The translations under genes were made by a program, and so were the position numbers. Below are positions 9,619 to 19,140 of a stretch of 64,000 nucleotides of DNA, one piece after another. The DNA lies in contig CAVVLJ010000020.1 in NCBI GenBank assembly GCA_963749075.1, positions 384,001-448,000 on the forward strand. The letters run 5' to 3'. Source of the stretch: an uncultured Pseudomonadota bacterium. Lineage in GTDB: Bacteria > Pseudomonadota > Alphaproteobacteria > JACZXZ01. A model generated the notes under the pieces. The model had not been told where the DNA came from and searched no databases. It saw only the letters and a list, made by a program, of their open reading frames with translations. Positions within the stretch are counted from its first letter, which is position 1. Every line of letters begins with the position of its first letter.

Positions 9619-10137
9619 GCGTGCCTGATGCGGGCGGGCATCGCCGCGCGGCTCTCTTGCCGTCAAGGTGTAGGGACCTCTGCGCTCGTCGAGCTTGGCT
9701 AAGAGCTGAGCGGGGCCGGCGATCGCATCGCTCCAGGCGTGGGCGGCGGTAAGCTTCAGGCCGCGGCAGAGCGGGCCCCAGCCCTGGTCGCGCAGCCGTC
9801 CCTCGATCTTGTCGAGGATGTGGCGCGCGAGGACCTGCTCCGCGTCCGCGCCGAGGCTGTGGGGCCCGAGGTAGAGCAGTCCGATGCGGCCGTCGGGCAG
9901 GCGGCCGACGACGCCGAGCGGTGAGAGCGCTTCGCCGACGGCATCGTTGGCCTCGACCAGGCCGCGCGCGGGCAGCTCGACGGCAAAGAGCGTCAGCGGA
10001 ACATGGCTCTGCCGCAGCAGGCGGAGGCTGTAGGCCATGCTGGCCTCGAAGGCGTGGCGGGGCCAGAGGCGGCGCGCCTTCTCCTCCGGCGCGCTGCTGC
10101 CGGCGGCCACGGCCCTGGCCTTGGAGAAAAGCGACAT
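9535..10137 (-). CDS. Hypothetical protein, possibly degenerate GGDEF-like fold
   Basis: 200-aa ORF; PLTLFAVEL and VVGRLPDGRIGLL resemble GGDEF strand pattern without the motif; 3' end runs into the tandem repeat. Confidence 0.5.
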   Translation of the reverse strand: MSLFSKARAVAAGSSAPEEKARRLWPRHAFEASMAYSLRLLRQSHVPLTLFAVELPARGLVEANDAVGEALSPLGVVGRLPDGRIGLLYLGPHSLGADAEQVLARHILDKIEGRLRDQGWGPLCRGLKLTAAHAWSDAIAGPAQLLAKLDERRGPYTLTAREPRGDARPHQARARAERREEPPERSDARNRLSGATRGTA

Positions 10138-10456
10138 GCTGCCGGCTCCGCTGATATCCTTGGGCCGAAATCGTTGCGCTTGACCGGGCGGCTCGCCGCA
10201 TCCGGTCCGTCATATTCAGGTAATTAGTGGAATTGCATGGGTCGGGAGGGCGACAATATTAAGACAATAAGTGGACGACCCCCGCTATCGGTTGTGGGGC
10301 CGGGGCGGGCAGCGAGCCGGCGTGCATGAGCGGGAGCGCACTGATCCGAGCGTGCCTTGCCGCGGCTCTTGCGAACACCCAAATGCGCCCTATGATGGGG
10401 ACGGATTGCGGCGGGCGTCTTTCCCGCCGCTGCGAGAAAGAAAAATGGAGGACGAG

Positions 10457-10813
10457 ATGATCAGCAAGATGATCGGCGCGGCCCTCGTCGCCCTGCTGTT
10501 CACGGGTCCGATGGCATTCGAGGCGTTCGCGCAGTCTTCCGGCGGCACAACGAGCGAGACCACGGCCCCGGCGAAGCCGAAGCCGCCTGTCAAGGCGCAT
10601 GCGGCGGCCAAGGCCAAGCCTAAGGCCATGCCGGAGGAGAGCGCCTCGACCGCGGGGCTCGATTACCCGCCGTGCTCCCGGGCGGTCAAGGACCACTGCA
10701 TCCAGCTTTGGCAGCGCAACCTCGCCAAGGCCTATCCGCAGTGCTCCTCCGTGAAGGGTGCCGACCGCCGGGCTGCCTGCATCGAGGATGCCTACAAGCA
10801 GACCAAGAGCTAG
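10457..10813 (+). CDS. Small secreted protein with four Cys
   Basis: GGAGG SD, signal peptide ending AFA-Q, Lys/Pro/Ala linker, two YP[PQ]CS...CI units. Confidence 0.7.
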   Translation: MISKMIGAALVALLFTGPMAFEAFAQSSGGTTSETTAPAKPKPPVKAHAAAKAKPKAMPEESASTAGLDYPPCSRAVKDHCIQLWQRNLAKAYPQCSSVKGADRRAACIEDAYKQTKS

Positions 10814-10931
10814 GCCGGGAAGGTCCGTCCCTCTGGGGCGCGGTGCGATCGGCCGGCGTCCGACGTTCGCATCGCCCGAGCGCTCGCCGTAGCCTTGGTC
10901 CGGCGGCCACAGCGGCCTCCTTGCTGCGAGG

Positions 10932-11396
10932 ATGATGCGAGAGCTGCGTGCCATAATGCTGCTGACGGCCGTTGCCTTGGCAGGCTGCGTAGCACCGCCT
11001 GCGCAGGAGCGGCGCGCCGCCGATGCGGCGTCGCCGAGCCGGAAAGATGCGGTCGCCGCCATCGCTCAGGCCCCGAGACAGCAGGCCGCCCTGCCCCCTG
11101 TCCCCGTGCCTCCGCCGCGCGAGCGGCAAGCCGGCGTGGTAGCACCCGAGCGCCTGGTCGGGCTCGGCGAAGCGGATGTGCGGGCGCTCATCGGCGAGCC
11201 GGCGAGCGTGCGCGAGGAGGCGCCGGCGCTGGTGTGGCGCTATGCCTCGGCCGGCTGCGGGCTCGAGGTGTTCTTCTACATGGACCTGGCGAGCCAGACC
11301 TTCCGCGCGCTCAGCTACGAGCTCAAGCCCAAGGTGCCGCACGGGCTTGCCGGCAGCGCCTGCCTCGCCTCCTTGCACCCGGCCGCTCATGACTGA
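10932..11396 (+). CDS. Putative lipoprotein
   Basis: Lipobox LAGC; overlaps start of the response regulator. Confidence 0.7.
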   Translation: MMRELRAIMLLTAVALAGCVAPPAQERRAADAASPSRKDAVAAIAQAPRQQAALPPVPVPPPRERQAGVVAPERLVGLGEADVRALIGEPASVREEAPALVWRYASAGCGLEVFFYMDLASQTFRALSYELKPKVPHGLAGSACLASLHPAAHD

Positions 11397-12156
11397 CGCC
11401 GAGGGGCCGGCGCGGGCGCGCGTCGTGCTGGTCGACGACGACGATCTCTTCCGCGAATCCCTCGGCCAGAACCTCGGCGACGCCGGCTTCGAGGTGCGCG
11501 ATTTCCCCTCCGCCGAGGCGGCGCTCGCGCATCTCCTCGACGGCGAGAGCGACGACATCGTGCTGCTCGACTGGAAGATGCCGGGGATGAACGGCATCGA
11601 GCTCTTGCGCCGCATGCGCCAGGCGGGCCTCGAGGCGCCGGTCATCTTCCTCACCGTGCTCAACGACCAGATCTACGAGGAGGCGGCGCTGCAGGGCGGT
11701 GCGGTGGATTTCGTCGAGAAATCGCGCAGCTTCGCGATCCTGCTGCGGCGCATGAACCTGATCCTTGCCGGGCGCAAGGGCGGCGACGCCGCCCAGGCGG
11801 GCGAGGCTGGGCCGCGCCCGGCGGTCTTCCGGCGCGGCGCCCTCGAGCTCAGGCGCGAGACGAGCCGCGTCTTCTGGAACGGCTCGGAAGTGCCGCTCTC
11901 CGTCACCGAGTTCAAGATGGTCGATCTCCTCGCCACGCGCGCCGGCCGCGACGTGCGCTACCGCGATCTCTACGACCTGGTGCACGGCTCCGGCTTCGTC
12001 GCCGGCTACGGCAGCGAGGGCTATCGCTCGAACGTGCGCGCCTTCGTCAAGCGCATCCGCCAGAAGTTCCGCGACGCGGATGCCGCCTTCGACGAGATCG
12101 AGAACTATTCGGGCTTCGGCTACCGCTGGCGCGAGGGAGAGAGCGGGAATTCATAG
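11389..12156 (+). CDS. OmpR-family response regulator (ChvI-like)
   Basis: LVDDD, LLDWKMP, IFLT receiver; winged-helix with VKRIRQKFR and GFGYRW. Confidence 0.9.
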   Translation: MTDAEGPARARVVLVDDDDLFRESLGQNLGDAGFEVRDFPSAEAALAHLLDGESDDIVLLDWKMPGMNGIELLRRMRQAGLEAPVIFLTVLNDQIYEEAALQGGAVDFVEKSRSFAILLRRMNLILAGRKGGDAAQAGEAGPRPAVFRRGALELRRETSRVFWNGSEVPLSVTEFKMVDLLATRAGRDVRYRDLYDLVHGSGFVAGYGSEGYRSNVRAFVKRIRQKFRDADAAFDEIENYSGFGYRWREGESGNS

Positions 12157-12160
12157 GGCA

Positions 12161-13699
12161 ATGGGCGGCCTCGACCGGATCATGCGCTCGTTCGCTGCGA
12201 AGATCCTCGTTCTCGCCGCGATTTTCATCGCCGTGCCCGTCATCCTCTACCAGGAGTTCAAGGCGGCCGACGCGGAGAAGAACCGCCTCTTGTTCGAGAG
12301 CGTCGAGGCGCAGGGGCGGCTCGCGGCCGAGGCGTTGCGCCCCCTCGTCGCCAGCACCGACGCGCAGGCCATGCGCACGATCGCCGAGACGGTGGCGCGG
12401 CTCGGCGATTCCGGCTCCAACATCAAGCTGCTCTATCGCCCCGCGGGCGGCCCCTCGAGCCAGTCGTTCTTCTACGTGGCCTCCTCGCCGGCCGTCTCGG
12501 CTCAGTACCTCGACGAGGAGCGCCAGGATCTGCTGAACGCCGGCGTGCTCGACCGCCTCAAGGATTCCTGCGAGGAGGTGCGCTCGCTCGGCGTGCGCTA
12601 CACCAATCCGGCGGGCGGGCACGAGCTCCTCACCTCGATCACGCCCATCCGGGCCGCGAGCGGCTGCTGGGTGGTCATCACCTCCAACCGCACGGCGGAA
12701 TTCCTCGGCTCCTCGCTCGGCCAGCCCTATTGGCAGACCGATGCCGTGCGGCTCGCCGCGGCGATCTATCTGGCCATGGCGGCCCTCGTCGCGGTGCTCT
12801 TCGTCGAGGCGAGCCTGAGCCTGCGCCGCTTCGGACGGCTGGCGCGCGACTTGCGCACGGGACGCGAGCAGCGCGGCTCCTTCGCCTCGCTCAACCGCAT
12901 TCCCGAGCTCGCGGGCGTGGCCGAGGAGTTCGACCGCCTGGTCGCCACGCTGCGCTCCTCGTCCCAGGCCCTGCGCTTCGCCGCCCAGGAGATGGCGCAC
13001 GCGTTCAAGACGCCGCTCGGCATCATCGCCCAGAGCCTCGAGCCGCTCAGCCGCGGCCTCGCCGGCGAGGACGCGCGCGCTCGCCGCGCCGTCGAGCTCA
13101 TCGGCAAGTCGCTCGAGCGCCTCGACAGCCTGGTCGCCACCTCGCGCCGCCTGGACGAGGCGATCGCCGATTCGATCAACCCGCCGCGCGAGCGCGTGCC
13201 GCTCTCCGATCTCGTGGGCGAGATCGCCGGCGAGTATCGCGAGGCCCACGAGGAAGGCGGGGCGCGCTTTACCGTGGACATCGAGCGCGGCATCGCGGTG
13301 ACCGGCGCGCCGGATCTCCTCGAGATCGTCATGCAGAACCTGCTCGACAACGCGCTCAGCTTCAGCCCGCCGCAAGGCGAGATCATGGTGAGCCTGCGCG
13401 CGCGGGGCGGCGTGGCCGAACTTGCGGTCGCCGACCGCGGCCCGGGGGTGCCGGCCGACAAGATCGAGCGCATCTTCGAGCGCTTCGTCTCGCTGCGCGC
13501 GAGCGAGCCTTTGGCAAGCGGGACCGGAGAGCACGCCGCGGGCGGGCGGCGCGGCGGCGCCCACCTCGGCCTCGGGCTCTGGGTCGTGCGCCGCAACGTC
13601 GAGGCGATGGGCGGCGTCGTCGCCGCCGAGAACCGCGCGCAAGGCGGCTTCCGGGTCATCGTGGCCCTGCCGCTCGCGCGCTCGCGGCGGGCTCCTTGA
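12161..13699 (+). CDS. Membrane sensor histidine kinase
   Basis: Two TM segments, H-box AHAFKTPL, NLLDNA, DRGPG, GLGL. Confidence 0.92.
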   Translation: MGGLDRIMRSFAAKILVLAAIFIAVPVILYQEFKAADAEKNRLLFESVEAQGRLAAEALRPLVASTDAQAMRTIAETVARLGDSGSNIKLLYRPAGGPSSQSFFYVASSPAVSAQYLDEERQDLLNAGVLDRLKDSCEEVRSLGVRYTNPAGGHELLTSITPIRAASGCWVVITSNRTAEFLGSSLGQPYWQTDAVRLAAAIYLAMAALVAVLFVEASLSLRRFGRLARDLRTGREQRGSFASLNRIPELAGVAEEFDRLVATLRSSSQALRFAAQEMAHAFKTPLGIIAQSLEPLSRGLAGEDARARRAVELIGKSLERLDSLVATSRRLDEAIADSINPPRERVPLSDLVGEIAGEYREAHEEGGARFTVDIERGIAVTGAPDLLEIVMQNLLDNALSFSPPQGEIMVSLRARGGVAELAVADRGPGVPADKIERIFERFVSLRASEPLASGTGEHAAGGRRGGAHLGLGLWVVRRNVEAMGGVVAAENRAQGGFRVIVALPLARSRRAP

Positions 13700-13878
13700 G
13701 GACCCGGCCGCGGCATGCCGGGCCAGGCCCGAGCGGGTGCGCGCGGCCCTGTGACGGCGGTCACTGATTTCCCTTGCCGGGTGCAGTAGGTAGAAAGCCG
13801 GATTGCTCGCTTACGGCCGTACCCATGCGGCGCCAGCAAGTGGAGCGATCTGGAACCGTCCATCCTCCTGTGGCACTT

Positions 13879-13911
13879 GGGGCCGGACATCGCGTCCGGC
13901 CCCCTTTTTTT
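13879..13911 (+). terminator. Rho-independent terminator
   Basis: Stem GGGGCCGGAC/GTCCGGCCCC followed by a T run. Confidence 0.8.
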
Positions 13912-13935
13912 GCCCGCCTGCCGCCGCGGCGGCGC

Positions 13936-14523
13936 TCACTTGCACTTGTCGGCGGCGGTGCCGACCCAGGCCCGGCGCGTCCCCTCGCGGAAGCAGCCGG
14001 CGGCCCAGCTGCCCGTATAGCTCTCGCCGCCGGCCTGCCGGTAGGTGCCGCGGCCCTCCGCGCGGCCATCCTTCCAGCCCCCTTCGTAGCGGCTGCCGTC
14101 CGCCCACAGATAGACGCCCTGGCCGCTCCTCAGCCCCTGGCGCCACTCGCCGTCGTAGCGGTCGCCGCTGGCCCAGGCGAAGAAGCCGTGGCCGCTCTCG
14201 GCGTCGTTGCTGAGCTCGCCCCAGTAGCGGTCGCCGTTGGCCCAGCCGTAGGCGCCATGCCCGTCGTAATGGCCGGCCTTGAGGTCTCCTTCGTAGCGGC
14301 CCTCGCGGCGGCCGTCCTCGTACCACTCGAGGACGCCGTGGCCTGCCGCCACGCCGCGGACGCAAGGCCCGCTCCAGCTCAAGGTGAGGGTGGCGCGCGG
14401 ATGCTGGCGCCACACCCGGCAGCCCTTGGCGTCGGCGACCCATCCGCCGCGCTCTGCCGCATGCGGCCCGGCAAGGCTCAGCGCGATCACGGCAGCGGCG
14501 ATGCCCAGTGCGTAGCAGCGCAT
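13936..14523 (-). CDS. Secreted MORN-repeat protein
   Basis: Signal peptide; repeated GxGxYxWAxGDRYxGEW units. Confidence 0.85.
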   Translation of the reverse strand: MRCYALGIAAAVIALSLAGPHAAERGGWVADAKGCRVWRQHPRATLTLSWSGPCVRGVAAGHGVLEWYEDGRREGRYEGDLKAGHYDGHGAYGWANGDRYWGELSNDAESGHGFFAWASGDRYDGEWRQGLRSGQGVYLWADGSRYEGGWKDGRAEGRGTYRQAGGESYTGSWAAGCFREGTRRAWVGTAADKCK

Positions 14524-14738
14524 GCGGCGCTCCCGAAACGGCGGCCCAGGGAGCGTGGGCGCGGCTCGCTGCCGCCACAGAAGCTGCGCCGGCGCCCCTC
14601 GCGGGGCGCTGGCTTAAAATACAAGGCGCCATCGCCGGCCGCACGGCGAAATTCCACTTGCGCCCGCTGTGGAGGAGCGCTCCTCAACCCATGGCGAGAC
14701 GCTTGGCGAGCGCGGTCATGCCGCCCTTGGCCAGCCGG

Positions 14739-14777
14739 CGATTGGCGCCCACGATTGGCGCCCACGATTGGCGCCCC
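14739..14777. repeat. 13-bp tandem repeat x3 (CGATTGGCGCCCA)
   Basis: Read directly in the divergent intergenic region; last copy has one mismatch. Confidence 0.85.
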
Positions 14778-14887
14778 AAACTATACTCCGCGGCCAAAGT
14801 CGTATATAAAGTTGCGTCCACCGTGCCAAGCCGGGTCCGGCGGAGGCGTTGGCGTGGGCGGCGAGACGCAAGCGGCGGTGAGGGGGA

Positions 14888-16366
14888 TGCTGGAACGGGC
14901 GGCAATGCGCAAGCCGCGTCGTGGCTTGGCGGGGGGGCGGACGCGTGTCCGGTGCGCGGCCGTGCTCCGGCGGGGTGCCTCGGGCGGCCGCCGCATGCTC
15001 GTTGCCGGCGCGTTGGCGCTCGCAGCACTGGGCCTCGGCACCGGCGCGGCGGCGGCGGCGCAGACGGGTTCGGCTCCTCAGAACGTCGCCCCAGACGCCG
15101 CCTCAGACGAAGGAAGGTCTGCAGGCGCAGTACAACGACCTCTTCCAGAAGCTGCTCAAGGACCCCACCAACGTCGATCTCACCTTCCAGTTCGCCGACG
15201 TCGCCACCAAGATCGGCAACTACGAGTCGGCGATCTCGGCGCTCGAGCGCCTGCTGCTCTATGATCCCGATTTCCCGGAGGTGAAGCTCGAGCTGGCCGA
15301 GCTCTATCTCCACATCGGCTCCTACGACGTGGCGCGGGTCTATCTCAAGCAGGCCCAGCAGGAACCGAACATGCCGCTGAAGGTCGTCGCGCGCGAGAAG
15401 GCGATCGAGGACGAGCTCAACCGCCAGTCGGCAACTTCGAGGATCACCGCCAGCGTGCTCGCGGGAGCGCGCTATCAGACCAACGCCAATGCGGGTCCGG
15501 CCGGCGCCAACATCATCGTCGGCGGCGTGCCGTCGACGCTGAGCTCGATCTTCGCGCGCAAGTCCGATTGGGACGTGTTCTTCGACGGCAACATGGAGCA
15601 CAGCTACGATCTCAGCCCGGCGAGGAACGCGAAACTCGAGACCAACGTCCTCGTCTATTACTCGAAGCAGATCCGGCTGGGGCAATTCGATTCGGCGTCC
15701 ATCGAGGTGAACTCGGGGCCGCGCTTCGATATGGGCGACGGCGAGGAAGTCTATTTCCGCACGCGGCCCTATATCCTCGCCAACGAGGTGCTGCTCGGCA
15801 ACGAGCACCTCTTCTGGACGGTCGGCGGCGGCATCGAGGTGAGCCGCCCGATCACCAAGGAGCTCAAGCTCAGCGGCAACTACGAGTTCCGCTCGGAGCA
15901 TTTCTCCTACAACGACTCGGTCGGGGGCGCCCCCGGCCTGAGCGGGGGCGTGCACGCCTTCACCCTCGGCTGGAGCTACAACGTCCTCGAGAACGGCAGC
16001 CTCTCCTTCGATACGGACTACGCGATCGACAATGCGCGGGTGGACTTCAACGCCTCGCATTCGCTCGAGTTCCGCCTCAGCTACTCGCAGAGCGTGTCGC
16101 TGCCGTGGCATTTCCCGCGCGGGCCGCTCGTGCTGACGCCCGAGGTCGACCGCATCTATGCCCACTACGACCAGCCCGACCCCGGACTGGACCCGACGCG
16201 CTCGCAGGTCACCCAGGAATGGCGCTACGGCCTCAGCACCCAGCTCGGCCTGACCGAGAGCCTGGCCGCCAGCGTGCGCGTGGTCCGCGAGTTGGTGGAT
16301 GCCAACATCCCGATCAGCAAATACAACAACTCGCAGGTGATCTTCGGCCTGCTTTGGTCCTACTGA
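14888..16366 (+). CDS. TPR plus outer-membrane beta-barrel protein (Slam-like architecture), apparent frameshift near 15082
   Basis: Signal peptide (LVAGALALAALGLGTGAAAAAQ) in one frame; TPR (AISALERLLLYDPDFPEVKLELAELY) and amphipathic strands ending FGLLWSY in the next; start uncertain. Confidence 0.75.
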   Translation, partial: CWNGRQCASRVVAWRGGGRVSGARPCSGGVPRAAAACSLPARWRSQHWASAPARRRRRRRVRLLRTSPQTPPQTKEGLQAQYNDLFQKLLKDPTNVDLTFQFADVATKIGNYESAISALERLLLYDPDFPEVKLELAELYLHIGSYDVARVYLKQAQQEPNMPLKVVAREKAIEDELNRQSATSRITASVLAGARYQTNANAGPAGANIIVGGVPSTLSSIFARKSDWDVFFDGNMEHSYDLSPARNAKLETNVLVYYSKQIRLGQFDSASIEVNSGPRFDMGDGEEVYFRTRPYILANEVLLGNEHLFWTVGGGIEVSRPITKELKLSGNYEFRSEHFSYNDSVGGAPGLSGGVHAFTLGWSYNVLENGSLSFDTDYAIDNARVDFNASHSLEFRLSYSQSVSLPWHFPRGPLVLTPEVDRIYAHYDQPDPGLDPTRSQVTQEWRYGLSTQLGLTESLAASVRVVRELVDANIPISKYNNSQVIFGLLWSY

Positions 16367-16446
16367 GCGGCGGGCGAGGCCGCCCGCGTCGCGTCTCCGC
16401 CCCGCTCGGCCGCGGCGGGTTTGACGCGCTCCACCCGGATCGAGCG

Positions 16447-17964
16447 ATGGACACGGGCCCCGTCATCCATATCGAGCCGAAGGGCCTTCTTGCCAACCGC
16501 ATGATTCAATATCTGGCGGCGAAAAGACTGCAGGCGCACTGTCGCGGCAGCCGCCTATCCAACGTCAGTCTCCCCGAATGGGACCTCGTGATGCCGCCGC
16601 TCAGTAGCGGCGGAGAGGAAAGGGAGCTGGTGCTGCGCCACGAGGCGCGGGTGCCATTCCGCACCCTGGTCGAGCTGGTGAATGCCGGCGCATTCCAGCG
16701 CGTCGTGATCGCCGAAAACGCGCAACGGATGGACTATCTCGGCGAGCCCGCGGCTTGCGCGCGCGTCTTCCCGCCGAAGGCCACCCCCGCTCCGGTGGCG
16801 GACGACGAGCTCCTCATCCACATCCGCTCCGGCGACGCGGCCGGAGGCATCCAGCACTACCCGCTCGTCCCGGCGGAATTCTATCGCACGTTGAGCGAGC
16901 TGAGCGGGCTCAGGCCCTGCTTCATGGGGCAGCTCGAGAACAACGCGCACTGCGACCGGCTGCGCGAGGGCTTTCCGCACGCGCGGTTCATCGAGACGCA
17001 GGACGTCCTCAGCGACTTCGAGACGATCCGCTCGGCGCGGCACATTGCGATCGCCGTGAGCACCTTCTCCTGGCTCGCCGCCTGGCTGTCGTCGGCGGAG
17101 CGCATTTTCCTCCCCATACTCGGCTTCTTCAATCCGATGCATTTCCCGGGCTGGGGCGACATCGACCTTCTACCGACCGCGGATGCGCGCTACCGCTTCT
17201 TCCTCTTCCCGCTGCATTACGGCCTTTCGCTCGAGGAGGCTCTGCCCTCGCATGCGGAAATCGCCGCCCGTTGCAGGGAGATCTCGCCGCGCCAGGTCGA
17301 TGTCCTGCGCCAGCGCGCGCCCTACGTCCGCGTCGCTCCGTCCGACATCGACTTCAATCCGGTGTGGTACGCGCATGCCTATATCGACGCGGCGATGGAG
17401 ATCAGCGAGGGCTGGTTCGCCGGCCCGCTCGAGCACTATCTCGAGATCGGCTGCCGCCGGGGCTGCCGGCCGATGCCGCCCGGCTTTTCGCAGCGCCGCG
17501 ACCCGGTCGGCCGCGCAGCCGACGTGGCCGCCGGCAGGCCCGCGCAGCAGAGCTCGCTCAGCCCCTGGTCGGTCGGGCGCACCACGGAGGAGGACGCCGG
17601 ACGCGCCTTGCTCGGAGCGCCGCAGGAGCCCTATGCATTTCACACCAACTGGGAGAATTCTCCCTGGTGGCGCGTGGATCTCGAACGGCCCCAGGCAATC
17701 GCGGAGGTCCTCATTGACAATCGTGCGGACGATGTCCTCAATGCTGCGCGCGCCGGTCCGCTGCGCGTCGAGACGTCGATCGATATGGAGACGTGGGCCG
17801 AGCTCTTCACGACACCTCCCGGCTTGATGGGCGGCAGCGGCGGGAGAGCGGTGATTTGGACGGCACCCGCGCCGCGTGTCGCGCGTTTCGTCCGCATCGT
17901 CGTTCCGCGCTGGACCTGCCTCCATCTGCGGCAGGTGCAGATTTTCGCCAGCGCGGCAGGGTGA
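16447..17964 (+). CDS. GT11-like (alpha-1,2-fucosyltransferase-like) protein with C-terminal F5/8-type C / F-type lectin domain
   Basis: GLLANRMIQY, IHIRSGD, STFSWLAAWLS; C-terminal GRPAQQSS, FHTNWENSPWWRVDL, NRAD. Confidence 0.7.
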   Translation: MDTGPVIHIEPKGLLANRMIQYLAAKRLQAHCRGSRLSNVSLPEWDLVMPPLSSGGEERELVLRHEARVPFRTLVELVNAGAFQRVVIAENAQRMDYLGEPAACARVFPPKATPAPVADDELLIHIRSGDAAGGIQHYPLVPAEFYRTLSELSGLRPCFMGQLENNAHCDRLREGFPHARFIETQDVLSDFETIRSARHIAIAVSTFSWLAAWLSSAERIFLPILGFFNPMHFPGWGDIDLLPTADARYRFFLFPLHYGLSLEEALPSHAEIAARCREISPRQVDVLRQRAPYVRVAPSDIDFNPVWYAHAYIDAAMEISEGWFAGPLEHYLEIGCRRGCRPMPPGFSQRRDPVGRAADVAAGRPAQQSSLSPWSVGRTTEEDAGRALLGAPQEPYAFHTNWENSPWWRVDLERPQAIAEVLIDNRADDVLNAARAGPLRVETSIDMETWAELFTTPPGLMGGSGGRAVIWTAPAPRVARFVRIVVPRWTCLHLRQVQIFASAAG

Positions 17965-18111
17965 GCCGCGCGGGCGGCCGCCGGTCATGCGGCACCGGAG
18001 GCGCCGGCGCGTCCTTCGCTCGCGCCGGATCGGCCGACGCTGTAAAATCCTTTGCTTCGAGCGGCGGAGTCCGATCGCCGGCTCCGGGTGGCAAGTCAAC
18101 GAGAGCGAGCG

Positions 18112-18282
18112 ATGGAGCCGCAGGATACCGGTGATTCCGACAGCGAAGACGCCGTCGAGCCCGAATGGGAGCGGCAGAAGCGGCGCCTGCGCCGCCGCGA
18201 GCTCATCATCACCATCGTCGGTGCGATCTTTTTTCTTATGTCGCTGTTGATCCCATTCGTCACCGGCATGCATCGTCCGTGA
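18112..18282 (+). CDS. Small single-TM protein (56 aa)
   Basis: Acidic N-terminus, RRLRRR, hydrophobic helix; degenerate second copy at 19227-19313. Confidence 0.55.
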   Translation: MEPQDTGDSDSEDAVEPEWERQKRRLRRRELIITIVGAIFFLMSLLIPFVTGMHRP

Positions 18283-18342
18283 CCCGCGCGGGCGGACGGG
18301 CGCCCGCCGCCCAGCCGCGCGGCGATCTCTGACGAGCCGGCG

Positions 18343-19140
18343 TCACGTGCCGCGCGCTAACGCCGACGAGACCGGGTCGAGCCCGAATAGCACGTGGTCG
18401 ACGGAGTTGGGAAACAGGGTCTCCAAGAGAAAGCTTGGCAAGAGCTTCTGCACGAAGCATCGCGACGTATTCGTGGAATGCAGAATATGCAGGCATATGA
18501 AACTCATATCCGCCACGCCGTACATCCCGAACCGCTCCATGGCGCCCTCGGCGAACACGGCGTCCTCGCGCCAATCCAGATCCGGACACCGCACCTCGTT
18601 CCAGACCGACTTCCTGTACATGAACGAGAACCCGTAGCCGAAAACGGATCCACGCAGGTGCACATTGTTGCTGTCGTCGAAATTGACGAGCTGCACGGGC
18701 TCGTTGCCGAGGACATAATGGGGCCCGACGTGCTGGCACAAGTCGCAATGCGCAAAGATGCCATGGACCTTGCTGAAGATGAAGAAGCTGTCCAGCTTCA
18801 CGAAGCTCGCCTTCTCCTCGAACATGGCGCGGAGCATGTCCAACAGGTAGTGCTTTGCGTAAAAGTCGTCGTCGTCGAAATTTGCGATGATCTCTCCACG
18901 CGCCTGCTCGATGAGGATGTTGCGCTTCATGCCGATGGTGAGGGGTTGCGAGGAATGCCTGTAGATGACGCGCGGGTCGGCAAGTGCCGTCATGAAATCA
19001 CTGGGCGACGGACTGTCGTCCAGGACCAGCCACTCGAAATCGCTCATATGCTGAGCTTTGACGCATTCGTATATGAGCGGCAGGAAATGCTGCCGATTGC
19101 GAGTCGGCGTATTGATGCTGACTAAGGGATTTCCCGCCAT
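18343..19140 (-). CDS. Glycosyltransferase family 2
   Basis: VSINTPTRNR, EWLVLDDS, IGMKRN, NFDDDDFY, WRED; visibly lower GC than neighbours. Confidence 0.88.
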   Translation of the reverse strand: MAGNPLVSINTPTRNRQHFLPLIYECVKAQHMSDFEWLVLDDSPSPSDFMTALADPRVIYRHSSQPLTIGMKRNILIEQARGEIIANFDDDDFYAKHYLLDMLRAMFEEKASFVKLDSFFIFSKVHGIFAHCDLCQHVGPHYVLGNEPVQLVNFDDSNNVHLRGSVFGYGFSFMYRKSVWNEVRCPDLDWREDAVFAEGAMERFGMYGVADMSFICLHILHSTNTSRCFVQKLLPSFLLETLFPNSVDHVLFGLDPVSSALARGT

